DNA of 64,000 nt from the human T2T-CHM13v2.0 reference genome, Homo sapiens, in NCBI RefSeq assembly GCF_009914755.1, contig NC_060927.1; one strand, 5' to 3'. The notes under the pieces are model-generated. The model had not been told where the DNA came from. It saw only the letters and a program-made list of their open reading frames with translations, and searched no databases. Shown piece after piece: positions 1-15,199 of the stretch; position 1 is the first letter of the stretch, and each line of letters opens with the position of its first letter. The position numbers were made by a program, and so were the translations under genes.

Positions 1-59
1 CTGTTGTTTTCCCTCTGATTTATTGTTAGTCCTCTTCAGAGACTTCTCCTCGACCCCAA

Positions 60-1130
60 CTTTTCACGTAGACCTTTTATCATGACTCAGCCTCGGACCT
101 TCTTCTCTCTCATATTTTCAAACATCACCTCTCATATCTTATGAGATAAGGTGATCTTATCTACTCTCATATCTTCAAATGTCATCTAAAGTCAGTGGTT
201 TTCAAAATTATATCTCCAGCCTAGACTACTCTTCTGAGTGAGAGACTTATAGGTCCAAATGTTTATAGTATTTCCATTTTGGATACTTGGATGTGTTAGA
301 AGAATTTCAAATACAGCATGCCCCAAAATAAATGTATTATATTTAACCATCTTGCCCTAAAACTGCTTCTCCTCTAGAGCTCCCTAACATAATAAGTGGT
401 ACCCACATCCTCCCAGATGCTCCAGCCAGAAGCCTGTGATCCAACCATAACCGATATCTCCCTTCACTATCTACCCCCAAAAAATCAGCCACCAAACCTA
501 GTTTACCCCACCTTCTAAATCTATCTGTTTTCCAGTTAACGTCACCATCTTGTCTCAACCAGACTACTCCAGTTACTTTCTGGCTAGTTATCTCTAACCC
601 ACTTTTCCTTGCCTCAATCCCATTTTTCACATGGCAGTGAGAGTAATTGTTTAAAATGTAAATCTAATCAAATCACGCCTCTGCTAAAACCATGTAGTGG
701 CTCCTCAGTACTGAGTATTAAATCCAAAATCCTTTGTATTTCCTGAGAAAAACAAGCTCTTTCTTGCCTCCAGCCATTACATGTGCCTCTGCCAGGAATG
801 CTGTTTGCTCCACACTGTGCACAGCTAACTCTTACTCATCTTTCAGGTATGAGTTTAATTACTACTTTCTTTAAAAAAAAATTTCTCCTGATTAGATTAA
901 AAATATGTTAGGTTCCCTATTTATTTTCATGCCACCTTGTGATTTTTCAATTATAGAACTTGTCACCTTAGTAATTAAATACTACTTTGTGTGATTCTCC
1001 AGTAGGAAGACTCTAACTAAATAATGTAAGCTCCATGAGGGTAGAGACTGGGAATAATTTTCTCACTAAGGTATTCTCAATGGTTATCAGAGAGGAACAG
1101 TGAAGCTCAATAAGATTTGTTGGATGTGTA
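60..1130 (+). mobile_element. LINE-2 (L2) 3' region
   Basis: Typical L2 motifs (atatctccagcctagac, aaatgtaaatctaatca, tgtaagctccatgagggtagagac, ctcaataagatttgttggatg). Confidence 0.75.
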
Positions 1131-1839
1131 AACTGAATTTTACACACTTCCATCTTTAAGATTTATATTGACTTTCTGTTCTGTTCACAAACATACTTGA
1201 TTTAACTATGACTACTTAAGTTTTAATTGTGATCATTATTCGATTATGACATATTTATACTTTAGAAGTATTTGATTATGAAAAGGAATAAATTTCTAAA
1301 ATCTAAAAGAAGTTCTGGATTTTTCTAAGAAGTCCATTTTAGGAACAGAATTTCATTTTTCTTGAAGACTACTAGCCAGTCAATTGTCATGTATTTAAAA
1401 AAAGAAAAAAAAAGATAAAATATAAAAAGTCAAAAATCAACTAATTCAGTACAATTGGTGCCTATCAAGGTTTAAAATATAGAACAACATCTCTCACTTT
1501 CTTGAGGCATTTTCTAAATTGAACGAAATGTTACTACTAAATCTAGAGCTGTGAGATTAAGTAAGAAAAGAAGTTGAAGAGTGACACTCCAAAAATTTTC
1601 TCTAGTAATGTTTTAATACAAGGACCTAAAGGCCACTCTGTGTCCCTGAGGTCCATTATGAATATATGTGGGAATAGAATGATTAACATATAATCAGAGA
1701 CTATGGGAGAAAAACCCTCCAAAGAGAAAAAAGACTAATGAAGACTTGAATTCTGAGAAAGCCCAAATTCTCAAGGGTTCTGATCTATTGGCATAAGAAT
1801 ATTATGGCAGACAAAAGTAAGAGGAAGTAGTAATTAGAG

Positions 1840-2084
1840 CAGATTTCTTAACTGCAGCACTCCTGACATTTTGTGCTGGATAATTTTTTGTTACAGGAGG
1901 CAATCCTGTGCAATGTAGGATATTTAACAGCATCCCAAGTCTCTGCCCAGTAGGTGCCAACAGTAAACCCACCCGCCAATCCCCAAATAGTAACACTCAA
2001 AAGTGCCTCCCATACATTGCCAAATGTACCAGGGTGGGGGTGGGAGGGCAGGTGGGCAAAATTGCCCCTGGTCAAGAGCCATTG
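1840..2084 (-). mobile_element. MER20 hAT-Charlie DNA transposon
   Basis: Matches reverse complement of MER20 over its length; TIR remnants cagatttcttaac / ggtcaagagccattg; degenerate 8-bp TSD aattagag/aattggaa. Confidence 0.9.
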
Positions 2085-2149
2085 AATTGGAAAAAGTCAA
2101 ATGAATTTGTCAATTCAAAAGTGCAAAAGGACACAGGTTTTCAACCATT

Positions 2150-2225
2150 TACTGATTTCTTGACTCATATATTTATTCATTCATTCATTTGACCAGACAC
2201 AGTACTAGGCACGATGTTTCAAATA
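2150..2225 (-). mobile_element. L2 3' terminal fragment
   Basis: (cattt/catt)n tail followed by ccagacacagtactaggcac. Confidence 0.45.
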
Positions 2226-2395
2226 CGAGTACAGCACAGTTTGTGTTAGGAGCTGAAAGTCTATAAAGAGACAAAAAGCCCACTGTCTTAGAATGTATTG
2301 TGGATTTGCAGTTATGTGAGGTGTAGGTTTTAATGAGGAATCAAAATTAACCAATAAAGGTCCTAACCTTGCCCGAAATTCATAGTACACCTGGT

Positions 2396-2961
2396 TATGG
2401 TAGATATAGTAAATTGTTATTCAGCATCCAATTCATCTTCCTAGAGTGCCTTCCTGACCTGCACCAGTTGGACTGGTAAAACTACCTTGCCCAGAATCCC
2501 TTGCTGCCAGGTTTCTGTTGCATAAGGTTGAATCTACAAGTGAGGAAGAGTCTATCTTCCTGCTGCTTGCTGCTCAGAGGCACAGTCCTGGAAACTCTGG
2601 GTTTTCTCCAATTGTGTCCCAATGTCTGGTCTTCAGCTCTGTGGGCATCCAGAGGTAGGTACAGTGGGGATAGTAGTGGTTTCCTGATCCCTGAATGACA
2701 GCTATGACACTGTGCTTTTGAACTCAAAACCAAACAGGTCAGTAGTGAACTCTTAAGTCTGCCTCCCTGCTTTGACAGAGGCAGCAGCACTGCTATCTCT
2801 GGAACTTATCCTGACACATTCAGCCTTAAACTTCTAGCAGTCTGATGAATATATATAGGCCTGATTCTTTGTATTATAATCCGTCCTACTTAAAATAGAT
2901 AGAATGAGTTCTGTTTTTTTCTTTTTTTTTTTTTCCAAACTGAGCCTTGCAACTGTATACA
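2396..2961 (+). mobile_element. ERVL solo LTR, LTR33-like
   Basis: aaactaccttgcccagaatcccttgctgccagg motif; 3' end cttaaaatagatagaatgagttctgttt...tgtataca. Confidence 0.55.
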
Positions 2962-3129
2962 ACAAACTGTAATAGCTCAGCAAATCAACCACACACAGTG
3001 CGATCACACACCCCCAGTATGGAAATGGATCACAGTTTCTTCAGTTAAGCACCAGATGAAGAATTTGGCTTTCATTTAGGGGCCATGCTGCATGAAAAAT
3101 ATGTTTGCTTTTGTTTGTGTGTTGTTAAA

Positions 3130-3450
3130 TTGATGCAAGTGAAAATATAAGATTGCACTATAAGTGCAGTGCCAGAGATAAGCACAGGATGCAATATGGA
3201 GGTGGTGCACAGTCAAGGAGGATTTTTTAAAGAAGTGATGTCTGAGCTGAGTCTTGAAGTGTGAGTAGGAGTGAGCCAGGAAAATTGCATTTGAGGATGA
3301 GAAAAAGGAAAAAGCAGTCTAAGCAGAAGATGTGTATTAGGTACAAAAAGTTGAGAAGGCATAGTATATTTACAAAGGTAAAAATTGTTCAGTGTAGCTG
3401 GATTATATGATGAGAGGTAGGGAGTGTGGAGAGGTCATTTGGAAAGCAGA
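3130..3450 (-). mobile_element. L2 fragment
   Basis: agtcaaggaggatttttt...gtgatgtctgagctgagtcttgaag...gtaggagtgagccagg is the antisense L2 signature. Confidence 0.65.
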
Positions 3451-3465
3451 AACAAGATGTAACTT

Positions 3466-4490
<1,025 letters not shown>

Positions 4491-5809
4491 TTAAATTTAA
4501 ATTCAACAACTTGTTATCAATGCACAAAGCTCAACTAGAAGTGATAATAGAATGAAGAGATACTCTGATACACAGCTTAGTTCACATATACTCAACAAAT
4601 AACAACTACCACAACTCCACAACACTCTCCTCTCCTTGGAAACTCTGACTGTAAGAGTTTTCCTGTCTTCAGAAATGGTAAAACGCAAAGAGGGGGGAAA
4701 AAAACCACCTCAGGCAAATTGGGGTCTGGAACAAAGTCCAACGTGGGCCCCTTGCATACAACAAAAAAAAAACTTCCCCTCTTTCCCTTCAGACCAGGAG
4801 ATACCACAAGACTGAGCAGGAAGATTATTTTGGATGAGAGATGGGAGTGGAAAACAAGAAAAAGAAAGCAGAAGTCTTTTGTTTTGATATAAGGGGTGAG
4901 TTTATTGAAGCAAACAAGCAAACTTACTACCATACCCAAGGGATACTCAGATATGCAAATAATATGTGGTTTCTTTAATCCCTAAAACATGCCTAATCTT
5001 TCTCTGGAACTACCATCCTGCTAAGTAATGGCAGCAATTTAAACTTGTAATTTTATAATATTTTGATTTTCTGGTTAAATTATCTTCACTCATTTTAAAC
5101 ATTCAATCTTCCAACATTTTGTTTCCCTATCCAACTGGCTTAAAAATCTCCTTCAGATGACTCAGTTTTATGTCTTTCAGATTTCTGTTGTACCCCTTTC
5201 TTGTCCCTAAAATGACATTTTGAATATAGAGTATGGGGAGGTATGTGGCTCATGTAATCTCCAGACAGCAGGGGCTGAAATTTCCTCTAATCCTTATTGG
5301 GTCCTCTGCTTCTCCTTAGGAGGAGATATTCAGCCCCATCTCTGCCCTCTCTAGTGTAATATTTCACACACCCACGTGTAGGCACACACAGGGCTGGCTC
5401 TAAACCTTATAGGGGCACAGCTTAAGTTGTCAACCCTGCAGCCCTTGTCTCAAGCTACTTTACCCCCTCCTCCACAGCAACACCCCCACTACACACTGGC
5501 AAGCCCTCCAGCCAGCCTCTCGGGGAATTCTAGGTTCCCCATCAAGGATATGAGAAAATACCTACGTCCTAGCCATAACTGAGGAATAGACAGTGGCTTG
5601 GGAAATTTCAGTTGTGGAATTTCTTCAGCCAACCTTGCAGAGCTTTTGAATATGTTTTGATGCAGTCACTCCCAATTTGGTGTGGAGTGGCCTGTGAGGC
5701 ATCTTCTTCCTGAGTTCCACATTCTAGAGAAAGGCAAAAAGCCCCAAGTAGAGGGTGCTTCCTCCATTTCTCTGACACCCTACATCTCTATTGTCCAAGC
5801 CAAAGCATG

Positions 5810-6235
5810 GAAAGGGATGATTAGTCTCACTCTTCAAGACACAAGAGGAGTAAGTTGGGAGTGGAGAAATATGATGAGTTCAACTGTAGGTATTCTTCTG
5901 AGTGTGAAATGTCTGTGGTACATCAAAGAGGAGATGTTCATTGGGCACTTTGATATGTGGGTCTGGAGTTTAGACAGGGATTGAGGCTAGTAAAACAGAT
6001 TTGAGAATCTTTGCAATATTAATGATAGTCAAAGTCATGAGAGTGGATGAGCTCACTCCCCCCAAAAAGTGTCTAAATTAAAAAGAGAAGAGGAATGAAA
6101 AGGAGACCTGGTTACATCAACATTTAAAGAATGCACAGAGAAAAAGGAGCAAAGATTGAAAATAAATGTCCATGGAAGTGAAGAGATAGAGAAAAAAAGG
6201 AGAATCAATGTCATAGAATTATAAAGTAAGGCATC
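5810..6235 (-). mobile_element. L2 fragment
   Basis: gatgagttcaactgtagg, gagtgtgaaatgtctgtggtacatc, gatatgtgggtctggagttt, gtcatgagagtggatgag. Confidence 0.75.
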
Positions 6236-6323
6236 TACTTTTTATTTATTATTTATTTTATTACTTGATTTTTTTTTAATTTTAAAAAGCTAACATAAGT
6301 ATATGCTTTATATTATTCCCCCT

Positions 6324-7069
6324 TGTGGGGTGTTGGGGACCAAGGACCTGGAGCCAGTTTCATTCAGACTTTTCATCCGCTAACCTGATCTAAGTTTTCA
6401 AGATCCACTCTTCTGTGGGTGGTGAAAACTGGGGGAAGGAGGGACTTCTTCACACAGTGAGTTGGACAGAAGCTGGGTTTCAGCAAAGGCTTGCACAGGG
6501 ATGCGCAATAACACTCCTGCTGGACAGTCACCAGGCAAAGTCGTAGCATGGCCAAGGGAAGTCCTCACTGGGCTCCAATGGGAAAGGCAACTAGCAGAGT
6601 CCCTGGGTGCGAGGACACTGACCTCACTCTCCAGAAGCCCTTGGATGCTTGACAATGCCTCTCACAGTGGTCCTCCTCTGAGACAGTCCTCATTGCTGGC
6701 TGGATTGGCCCTTTCTGGTCCAGCCATTTTCTTCTCATCCCTGTAACTTCTCTGCCCATTTCTTCAGTCTCTCTGCCTCTCCAATATAGATTTAGGAAGA
6801 TGTTTTTCCTTTGAGCAGTCACGGGAAGAAAGCACTGCTCTCACCTGTGATGTTTCCCCAAGGAACCGTAGGGTTTTTTAGACCAAAACCAGGAAGATAT
6901 TTTTGGTTTCTCTTTCCACCTTGTCATGTCCTTCCCCTGAGGCAATGAGCCCAAAGAACCTAGTTGCTTGAATTAGGAAGTGGGAGGGGATGTCAAAGGA
7001 GATGAAAGGGAAGAAAAATGTTCTATCAGTAGAAAAACATAATTTACTATATAAAATATTACACTGACA
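6324..7069 (-). mobile_element. Ancient Gypsy-like solo LTR (MamGypLTR-like)
   Basis: TG...CA termini on the minus strand; internal ctcattgcctcaggggaagg and ttcctggttttggtctaaaaaacccta resemble the MamGypLTR consensus; no TSD visible. Confidence 0.55.
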
Positions 7070-7851
7070 CGAAAAAAAGCTGGATAGTGTTAAAAAGATG
7101 ACTTGGATATAGTGCAATAAGAATACTATTTGCCTAATGGGATAAAGTGACAAAGGCCAATAGACAGTGGTGTAGACTAGGACCTTACTTTCCTTCTGAA
7201 GGAGAAGTTAAGAGAAATAGATAGGGGTAGTAAGTATTAAATTCTTACTGAGGTAGATTTTTCCAGGGCCTAAGTCACCCCTCTACACCCAAAATAAATT
7301 TGTTATTTTGGACTGGACATTGACTCTTTCTGAGCTTCATGGTACCATTTAGAATTCAGATTTGTATTATGATAATCAAGAGTCAGGTCATAGATGGAAA
7401 TGTTTTATCAGCCAGTATTGACCAGTTTCATATCGTTGGTTCAAACAAATGTGGCTGTTGATTAGTCCATTGAACCTTTTTCCCATCCTCAGGTTCAGGT
7501 GGAATAACTGACCAGGCCATAGGCCCACCATTGAAAAGGGTAAAAGTGGCACCTAACAATGATATGTCCAACTCTGACCTCATCCTTCACCACACCCCAA
7601 GGTTCTAGACTCCTTATAAAGAGAGATTAGGGAATGATTCAAGTTCTTCTTACATATCACCATCTATGTATTTTTGAAACCTTGCTTTCCTACTTTAATC
7701 ATAGGTTTTTGGTCAGTGATACTTTTTTACATAGCATTGCTTTGTATTTCAAAACAAATATTAGAAATAATCATCTATATCCCAGAGAAAATATTCTAAA
7801 ATACAGAAATGGGAGGCAAATATAATCTTCTGAGTATAGTCCTCTTAATTA

Positions 7852-8080
7852 GAAGCAAATGTGGTGTAACGGTAGGAACATTGACTCTGGAGCCAGGTCT
7901 CATGGACTAACATCACAACGTCACTAGCTAGATAACTTTGGGCCTAAGATATATCCTCTCTGTGCCTCAATTTTCTCATCTGAAAATTTCAAAAATAATC
8001 TTGGCGTTATGCACTAAAGCTTTTAGGACACTGCCTGCCACATACTAAACACTCAATAAATGTTAAATATTGACTACTAT
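7852..8080 (+). mobile_element. MIR SINE
   Basis: gactctggagccag, core ctctctgtgcctcaattttctcatctgaaaat, tail actcaataaatgtta. Confidence 0.85.
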
Positions 8081-9179
8081 TTTACACTTTTCAAAAGTTT
8101 CAGTTTGCTACTTAACTTTTTGCCTTATCATTTTCCTTAAGGCCCATCTTTAATGCCAAAGATAATAATTAAGTCATTGATAATGATGATAATGCAAGTG
8201 ATGACAATGAGTTCACCATAAGTCTAAAGAGAGGTTTTTGGTCTAGAGTATCTTGGAAACCTTGGAAAGATATTATTACAGAATCTGTCCTCTACTCTGA
8301 CAGAGACAAAACTTCAACTCTCAATAGCCAATTTGATTCACATTGTAATTTGCTCAAACAATCTTACTACATAATATAGTTTACTCTCAAAATGTTCATT
8401 TCAGTGGCTGTAGGAATATATAATTTGTCATAAGACCTATTATTTTCATGTATTTTCATAACAAGATAGGGAATCAATTCATCCAACTAATTCAGTAAAA
8501 AATTCATTACAGTTAAAAAATGGGAATTAGTATTAGTCTGGCATCATCAAACCTTTTTTTTAAAAAAATAGGTTTTCTGACAATGTCAGAGGGGAGTAAA
8601 AATGGACGAGATCATTGAGTCCAAGGTTAGAGATTATGGTCAGGGTGCTACTTTAATGAAATTTCTTATTATAAATGAAAACAGAATATAGGATTTTTTA
8701 ACACAGAGGAATAACCACTCTGACACTTTAGCCCAAAAGGCTAAAGAGAAATATCTTTAATATTAACCTAATATTGTGACCTCATTATACCTTAGTCAGT
8801 GTAATCCTTAGCCATTAGCTGAGATATAGATTTTTGTACATGAAGGTGTTGTTCTCTCTGTGAAAAAAAAAATGACTGTAGAAACATTTCAAACATTTCA
8901 AATAATTTATTATAAAAGCTTTCTGGTGAAACTGTGGGGTAGTGGTAAGAATGTGGAGGTAGGGAGAATGCTATTTTTAAGACTCTAAAATGACTTTCTG
9001 ATGCTGAGTATAAAGTAGCCTGATTTGAACTTCGAATTTCCAGAAGGATTTCTTGTTGAAACAGGACGAACTTCTCTCTTAAGGAATTCTATATTTAAAT
9101 TAAAAGATAAAGGTCATTGCTGGGTGAAGTAAAGTATGGAGGAAAACATCAAATAGCTATATTTGTGCAGTATAAGGAA

Positions 9180-9345
9180 ATATGCAATATATGTATATTG
9201 ATGCATGTATATATTATGTATGTATATGTATGTGTGAAGTATGTATGAATATGTATAATTATGTCTGCAGTATGCATGAATGTGCATATGTATATGTATG
9301 GCTGTGTATATTATGTATGCATATGTATGTGTGGCAGTATGTACG
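9180..9345. repeat. Degenerate (TATG)n microsatellite
   Basis: Visible tatg/tgta repeats. Confidence 0.85.
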
Positions 9346-9750
9346 TCCTGTGGGGAGCCATCCAGATCCACCCTTTATGACCCAGGCATACATTTTGCCA
9401 GCTTCAAAGGAGACTGGTTGCAGACTAGTCACAGCTCAGGTCTCTCTGCCAATTGCCACCAGGGAAAGGGAGATGACTTGGTCAAGTTTTTACACCTTGC
9501 TGGGAGAAGCCCCTATCCAATGACTAATCAATGCGTAGGTATAAAAACCAGACCCCTTTGCCTCAGTTTGGAACAACTCTAAAGGACTATCCCGGCTCCA
9601 TAGCCCCTGTGATATGAGCTGTCTTTGTTGCATGAACATTGCTTTCCTCACTACCTCATAGGGGTTGTTCAGGAAAGCACGCCACCATAAACTTCCCAAA
9701 TATAAATCTCCATCTCAGAGTCTGTTTTCCAGGGAACCCAAACTAAGACA
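9330..9750 (+). mobile_element. ERVL solo LTR, LTR16C-like
   Basis: ccagatccacccttt start motif, ccaatgactaatcaatgcgtaggtataaaa, 3' end aatctccatctcagagtctgttttccagggaacccaaactaagaca. Confidence 0.8.
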
Positions 9751-10879
9751 CTAGTATTATTTAGTATTACTTATAACAAAATGTTCGTTAACTAATTCAT
9801 AAATGTTGAAGAGAGATAAATGTGGGATGGAGCCCTGAATTTAGCGAAAGTATTCATTGAGACATACAGGTAAAGAACTAAGATGGTGCTTTATGATTTT
9901 GTTAGCCTGATAGCTTTTGTGTCTTCTCTCAGGGCGGATTCCCAGACAACTATCTAAATCATTTTTTTAAAGGCTTTCAATCCAGTTATGTTCATCACAC
10001 CTTCTAACCACCTAGACTACTACCACCATTGCCTTTCAAAGACAGTAGTTTTGGGGTTGGATGACCCTTTGAGAGTAGAAGAATTTAAATGAAGACCAGG
10101 CAGATAACAATGCAAGGAAGGATATTTAAGATGATAAAACAGCATGCCTTTCCAATATACTGATGAATAATGAGTGGTACTTTAGATGAGCTATAGGTGT
10201 CAGAGAAATCCAGCAAGCTGTCATCAGGACATGTCAACCATTGAATCTAAGTTGAGAGCAGGCGTCACTTAGAGATCACAGCGGGTAAGCAATTGACATC
10301 AAAGACATCCAGAAGCAACACAGTTGTGGAACTGAGGTTCAGAGCTAGGTTCCAACATGGTGCACACGGGAAAGTTCTGGGCTGAAGTTTGGTAGGAATA
10401 TAAGTGTGTAAAAAAGAGCTACCATTTTACTCTCCCCTAAGTTCCTCAATATTTTGGTTTCCCACTATTTCCTCCATGTATTTCCATCATAGCAATAATC
10501 ACCTTTTAAAAAATGTTGACAATTTATAAGTTTTTGAGAATATTCTTATGAGGAGAAACCAGCTTCCACTGCTGCAGATCCAGCTTCTCAGAGACTAGAA
10601 CATGGGCATAGGCCAGCAGCTTGGTCTCAAACAAGGCAGAGTCTGGTTGCCAAAACTCAGACACAAAGACAGCAAGATTGAATAGATCCTTAATCAAGTT
10701 CTAAGAAGCGGATTGATTGGTTGATTTCAGAGCCTAGGGTGGGGCTGAACCTACAGTTAAGGATCAGGAAATCTCAGTTATGAAGAAAGGAAGCACACGA
10801 TGATAGTGAGCCAGGAATAGCACTGCAGTAGGACGGGGGCAAGACCAGGGATAGTAAGTAACTGTCAAGTAGTAGGGGG

Positions 10880-11212
10880 AGCCATGGTCTGAATGTTTGC
10901 GTTTCTGCACAGATTCACGTGTTGAAAACTAAGCACAAATGTGATGCTATTAGGAGCCTTTGGCAGTGATTAGGAATGGGATTACTGCCCTTATAAAACA
11001 GGCCCAGAGAACTGTCTTTCCTGCTTCCACCATGTGAAAACACAGTGAAAAGACACTGTCTATGAGCCAGAGTGGGCCCTCACCACACAATGGATATGCT
11101 GGTGCCTTGATCTTGAACTTCCCAACCTCCTGAACTGTGAGCAATAAGCTTCCTTATTTATAAACCATCCAGTCTATGGCAGTTCATTATATCAGCCCAA
11201 ACAGACTAAGAA
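10880..11212 (+). mobile_element. MaLR solo LTR, MLT1A0-like
   Basis: atggtctgaatgtttg...gccttgatcttgaacttcccaacctcc..aactgtgagcaataa...cagcccaaacagactaaga. Confidence 0.85.
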
Positions 11213-11549
11213 AAGGGGAGAGTGGTATTTCATAAAAGAGAAAATCATTATTGCAAAACAAAAAAAGAAAGAAAGAAACTACAGGTACAGAGGGAAATGA
11301 GAATGCATACATTCCACGTAATGCTTGTGAAAAATAACTTTACCCACAAGCATGCAAAGTAGGCCTATTCCTTTACATGTAAACCTCTGAAGGCTTTCAT
11401 TAAAGATTTAGAATATGTTCTGTACATTTATTCATCAACCTGTGCAGATTTAGCCCCATTAGCTTTTTTCCCTGTGGTTCTGATAAACCCAAAAATCATA
11501 TCAAACCTAATCTACATTGGTCTAAATGTATCTTAAGAGATCAACTCAG

Positions 11550-11750
11550 ATAATGATGATGTGTTTTATACCTGATAAAACTTGATTGTACATTATCTCA
11601 CTTGAAGAATGTTATGTACTATTATCATTATTTTATAGATGTGAAAATGGAAGCTATAAGTGATATTATAAGAGGCATCTTGCCAGGAAGTATCAAAGCC
11701 AGGACAGAAATAGGTCTCTAGACCTCTAGATTAATTCTCATCACACCATT
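11550..11750 (-). mobile_element. MIR SINE
   Basis: attatctcactt...attttatagatgtgaaaatggaagct antisense MIR core. Confidence 0.65.
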
Positions 11751-12061
11751 CTGTAGAAGCTCTTAAACCTAGAACACCAAGACAGAGTCAGATATCCTGT
11801 TCATAATGTTCATAAATGTTCATTAAAGGAACATTTTATGACTACCATTATTTACCTGTGACATGACATTTTCTTCCACTTAGTGGTTTGCTAGACCTAA
11901 GCATATGAGGTTACCTTTGGGGGCTCAGGTTCCAACTATAAAAAAGGAGATTTGAATAGACATTTTTATAAGATTCTTTCAGGGTATAAGATCTAACAGG
12001 TTTCTTCTCCAGTAAATGATGCACAAACCTTCACCATCTGGTAGCCTGTAGCAGTGTAGAT

Positions 12062-12102
12062 TGTGTGTGTGTGTGTGTGTGTGCACCCGCGCGTGTGTGT
12101 GT
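12062..12102. repeat. (TG)n microsatellite
   Basis: Direct observation. Confidence 0.9.
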
Positions 12103-14061
12103 ATCTGTTGGCACAAAAGATTTTTCTCTACTGATTACATACAAAAGGTTGCTTTTTAGAAGCAGTTTTCATATTTCTACCAGTTTTCATATGAGCTCTG
12201 AGAGGTTCAACTATGTTTATATTAAGTTAATACAACAGGAATTCTCTGCTATTTATTAAGGGATATTTGGTGGTTCAAAACTTGCCTACATTTCTTATCT
12301 CCACAGATATTTTTCTTCCTATACATTTTCTCATGTATATTTAGGGGTATACCTAGTTAACTGATGATTTTCTAGTACTAGTTAATTAAGGTTTAACTTT
12401 TATGACTGCTAATAATCAGTTACCTGTAATATTGATGCAAACTGTGACATAGAGTTCAAGGAAACTTATTGAGATCTATGCAGGTTTGCATTTACAAATC
12501 CAATTGTGTTATAAATGTAATTACTCTTAATTACAATGATATATGTTTACACATATAAACCTATGAAATGTAGAACACTTAGTACATATGGGTTTACAGT
12601 TTACAGCTTTCTTTCACATACACCCACAGAACATTTTGTGCAATATTTATGTGACCTTTGAATCATCCTCACTTATTTCTTTGCCTAGGCTATTGAGTGG
12701 CTCTGACTGTCATACATTCTTTCCTCTGGTATGTTACAAACACAGCCCACAAACTTTAGAAATATGCCTACCACCCAAAAGATCCAGTCTGATGTTTAAC
12801 AAAAATCTAAAAATGGAGACTAAGTGACCTCAGTTATGTGAAGTATCTGAAATTTCAAAGTAATTCAACTCTATATGCAGACTAGATCATTTGTCTTTTT
12901 TAAAAAGCAGATGTACAAAGAAATCATTTCATTGAATCTCCTTATCTGTTAAGTATCCTTTTCGACAATCATGAAATTTTAGCTTTCTGAAGCTAAAACT
13001 GCTGAAAATATGGATTAGGAAAAACTAGGTTGTTTCTGCTTGTTACTCTTTGTTTCTTTTGATGAAAGTGTGTTCCTCCCAGCAAATCACTTAATACAGA
13101 GAAGAATGCAAACTCTTAATGTTAAGCGGATGGTCCTAACTGTATGGGGGACTGAGTTCCTGCTCAGCCAGGGATGGAGATTGACTTTCAGTCTACTAAT
13201 TACTGAGTATGAGAGATTGTACTGCTCAAGCTGACATCATTTTATTTTCATGTGCTCTATTATTCCTGGTGTACATACGTTTGTTTTCAATCCATTTTTT
13301 TCCTCTTTTGACCTGTTCTTTTCCAGCCACCACCTACCATTATTTTATATTGTTATTTTCACAGATTCTTTGATCTAATATTCTTATTTCTGAAGACTTG
13401 GATATTTATGAAGGAAGTTTTTACTAATAATAATACATTAATCCATGTTTGAGCTTTTTTTTATAAGATGTATTTGTTTAACTATTTACTTAGACAGCCT
13501 GCTAATGAATTACTGAAGTTCTACTTTAGTTTATCCTAAATATTGTTTCACAATCTAATTTTTATTTTGTTTCTACTTCACTTTCTTTGATTCTTCTATT
13601 AACTTTTCAAATCAATATACAATACTTTAAATTTAGAACAGAATAAAACTGAGTGACAGCAAGATCAGTACCATATACGTATACTGTGCTCTAAAAAGTC
13701 AAATAACCACATAGCTTCATTTCATAGAATAATTACACTATAAAGTGATATTCTGTCAACAGAAGGGATAAAAATAGTCCATTTATAAGTCCAAATGATC
13801 ATCTGCCTAGGGCCCATTTTGTAAGGTCTTAAAATATAAAAACAAATCTTTTAATATCTTTCTGAAAACCAAAACTAGTATATAAGTTAATTACTCATTT
13901 ACATAGACATTTGAACACATCTAAAAGCTCAAAACATAATAAGACAGAAATAAATGGCTTTTATCGTGTCATAAAGATAGAATTATTTTACTGCTTTACT
14001 TAGTCGCTACTAAAATGAATTTCTCTATTATGTCATAAACTGGGCCAAGACACCATTATGG

Positions 14062-14146
14062 TGTATATGTATACATATATATATATATGTATACATATAT
14101 ATATATGTATACATATATATGTATATATATATACATATATATATGA
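14062..14146. repeat. (TA)n/(TATG)n microsatellite
   Basis: Direct observation. Confidence 0.9.
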
Positions 14147-14276
14147 ATGAGCTGCCATTTTAAATTAATTCTCCTACAGAGAATGCCTCAGAAATTTGTG
14201 GGAAATCCTTGAAGAATCAAACCATTTTAAAAATAAAAAATAATGAATAGGGACTTAATCCTTTAAGCAAAATTGA

Positions 14277-14654
<378 letters not shown>

Positions 14655-15199
14655 TGAGAAATTATATTATTAGGAATTGCTGCATTTATTTTAAAATAGT
14701 AAATAAAATTGAGATATTTATTTAGAAGAAAATATCCTTTCTATATATTTCTGAAAAATGAACTGACAGATGCTGCTGGGCATATGAACTTAGGGTTTAC
14801 ATGAATCTAAAAGGCAAATACCTCCAACTGTTCTAAAAACATGGTTCTGAAAACATTTTACCATAAATTGTATTTGTCTGTCAAAGTCCAGCAAACAGAA
14901 CAAGACATAACTTAAGCCAAATTAAGCCTTTAAATAAGATCCCATGGACATCCGAACACAGGATATTGCTGAAGTAAAGGATTCAGTGTAACATCCCATC
15001 TCCCCATTTGCTCCTTCTCAACCCTCATGGAATTTAATCTGGTTAGTTGGCAATTCCCCATATATATGTAAACATAATCTAATTTCAGACCTCCAAGGCC
15101 TAATCCCTGATAATCAGAGAAGACAGACTTAAATTTTACTTCCTAAAATGACTCTGGACAGAATCATAGGTTTATAAGCAGCTGTGGCCTATGCATAGA

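Noticed and set aside
6373-6822. Possible processed pseudogene (short ORFs, T-rich tract at 6240-6280, an HMG-like YIGEAERLKK string)
   Set aside because: No frame gives sustained similarity to a protein I recognise; TG...CA ends and internal motifs fit a Gypsy-like LTR better.
9114-9582. ORFs rich in Y/M/C/H/I
   Set aside because: Translations of the (TATG)n microsatellite running into an LTR.
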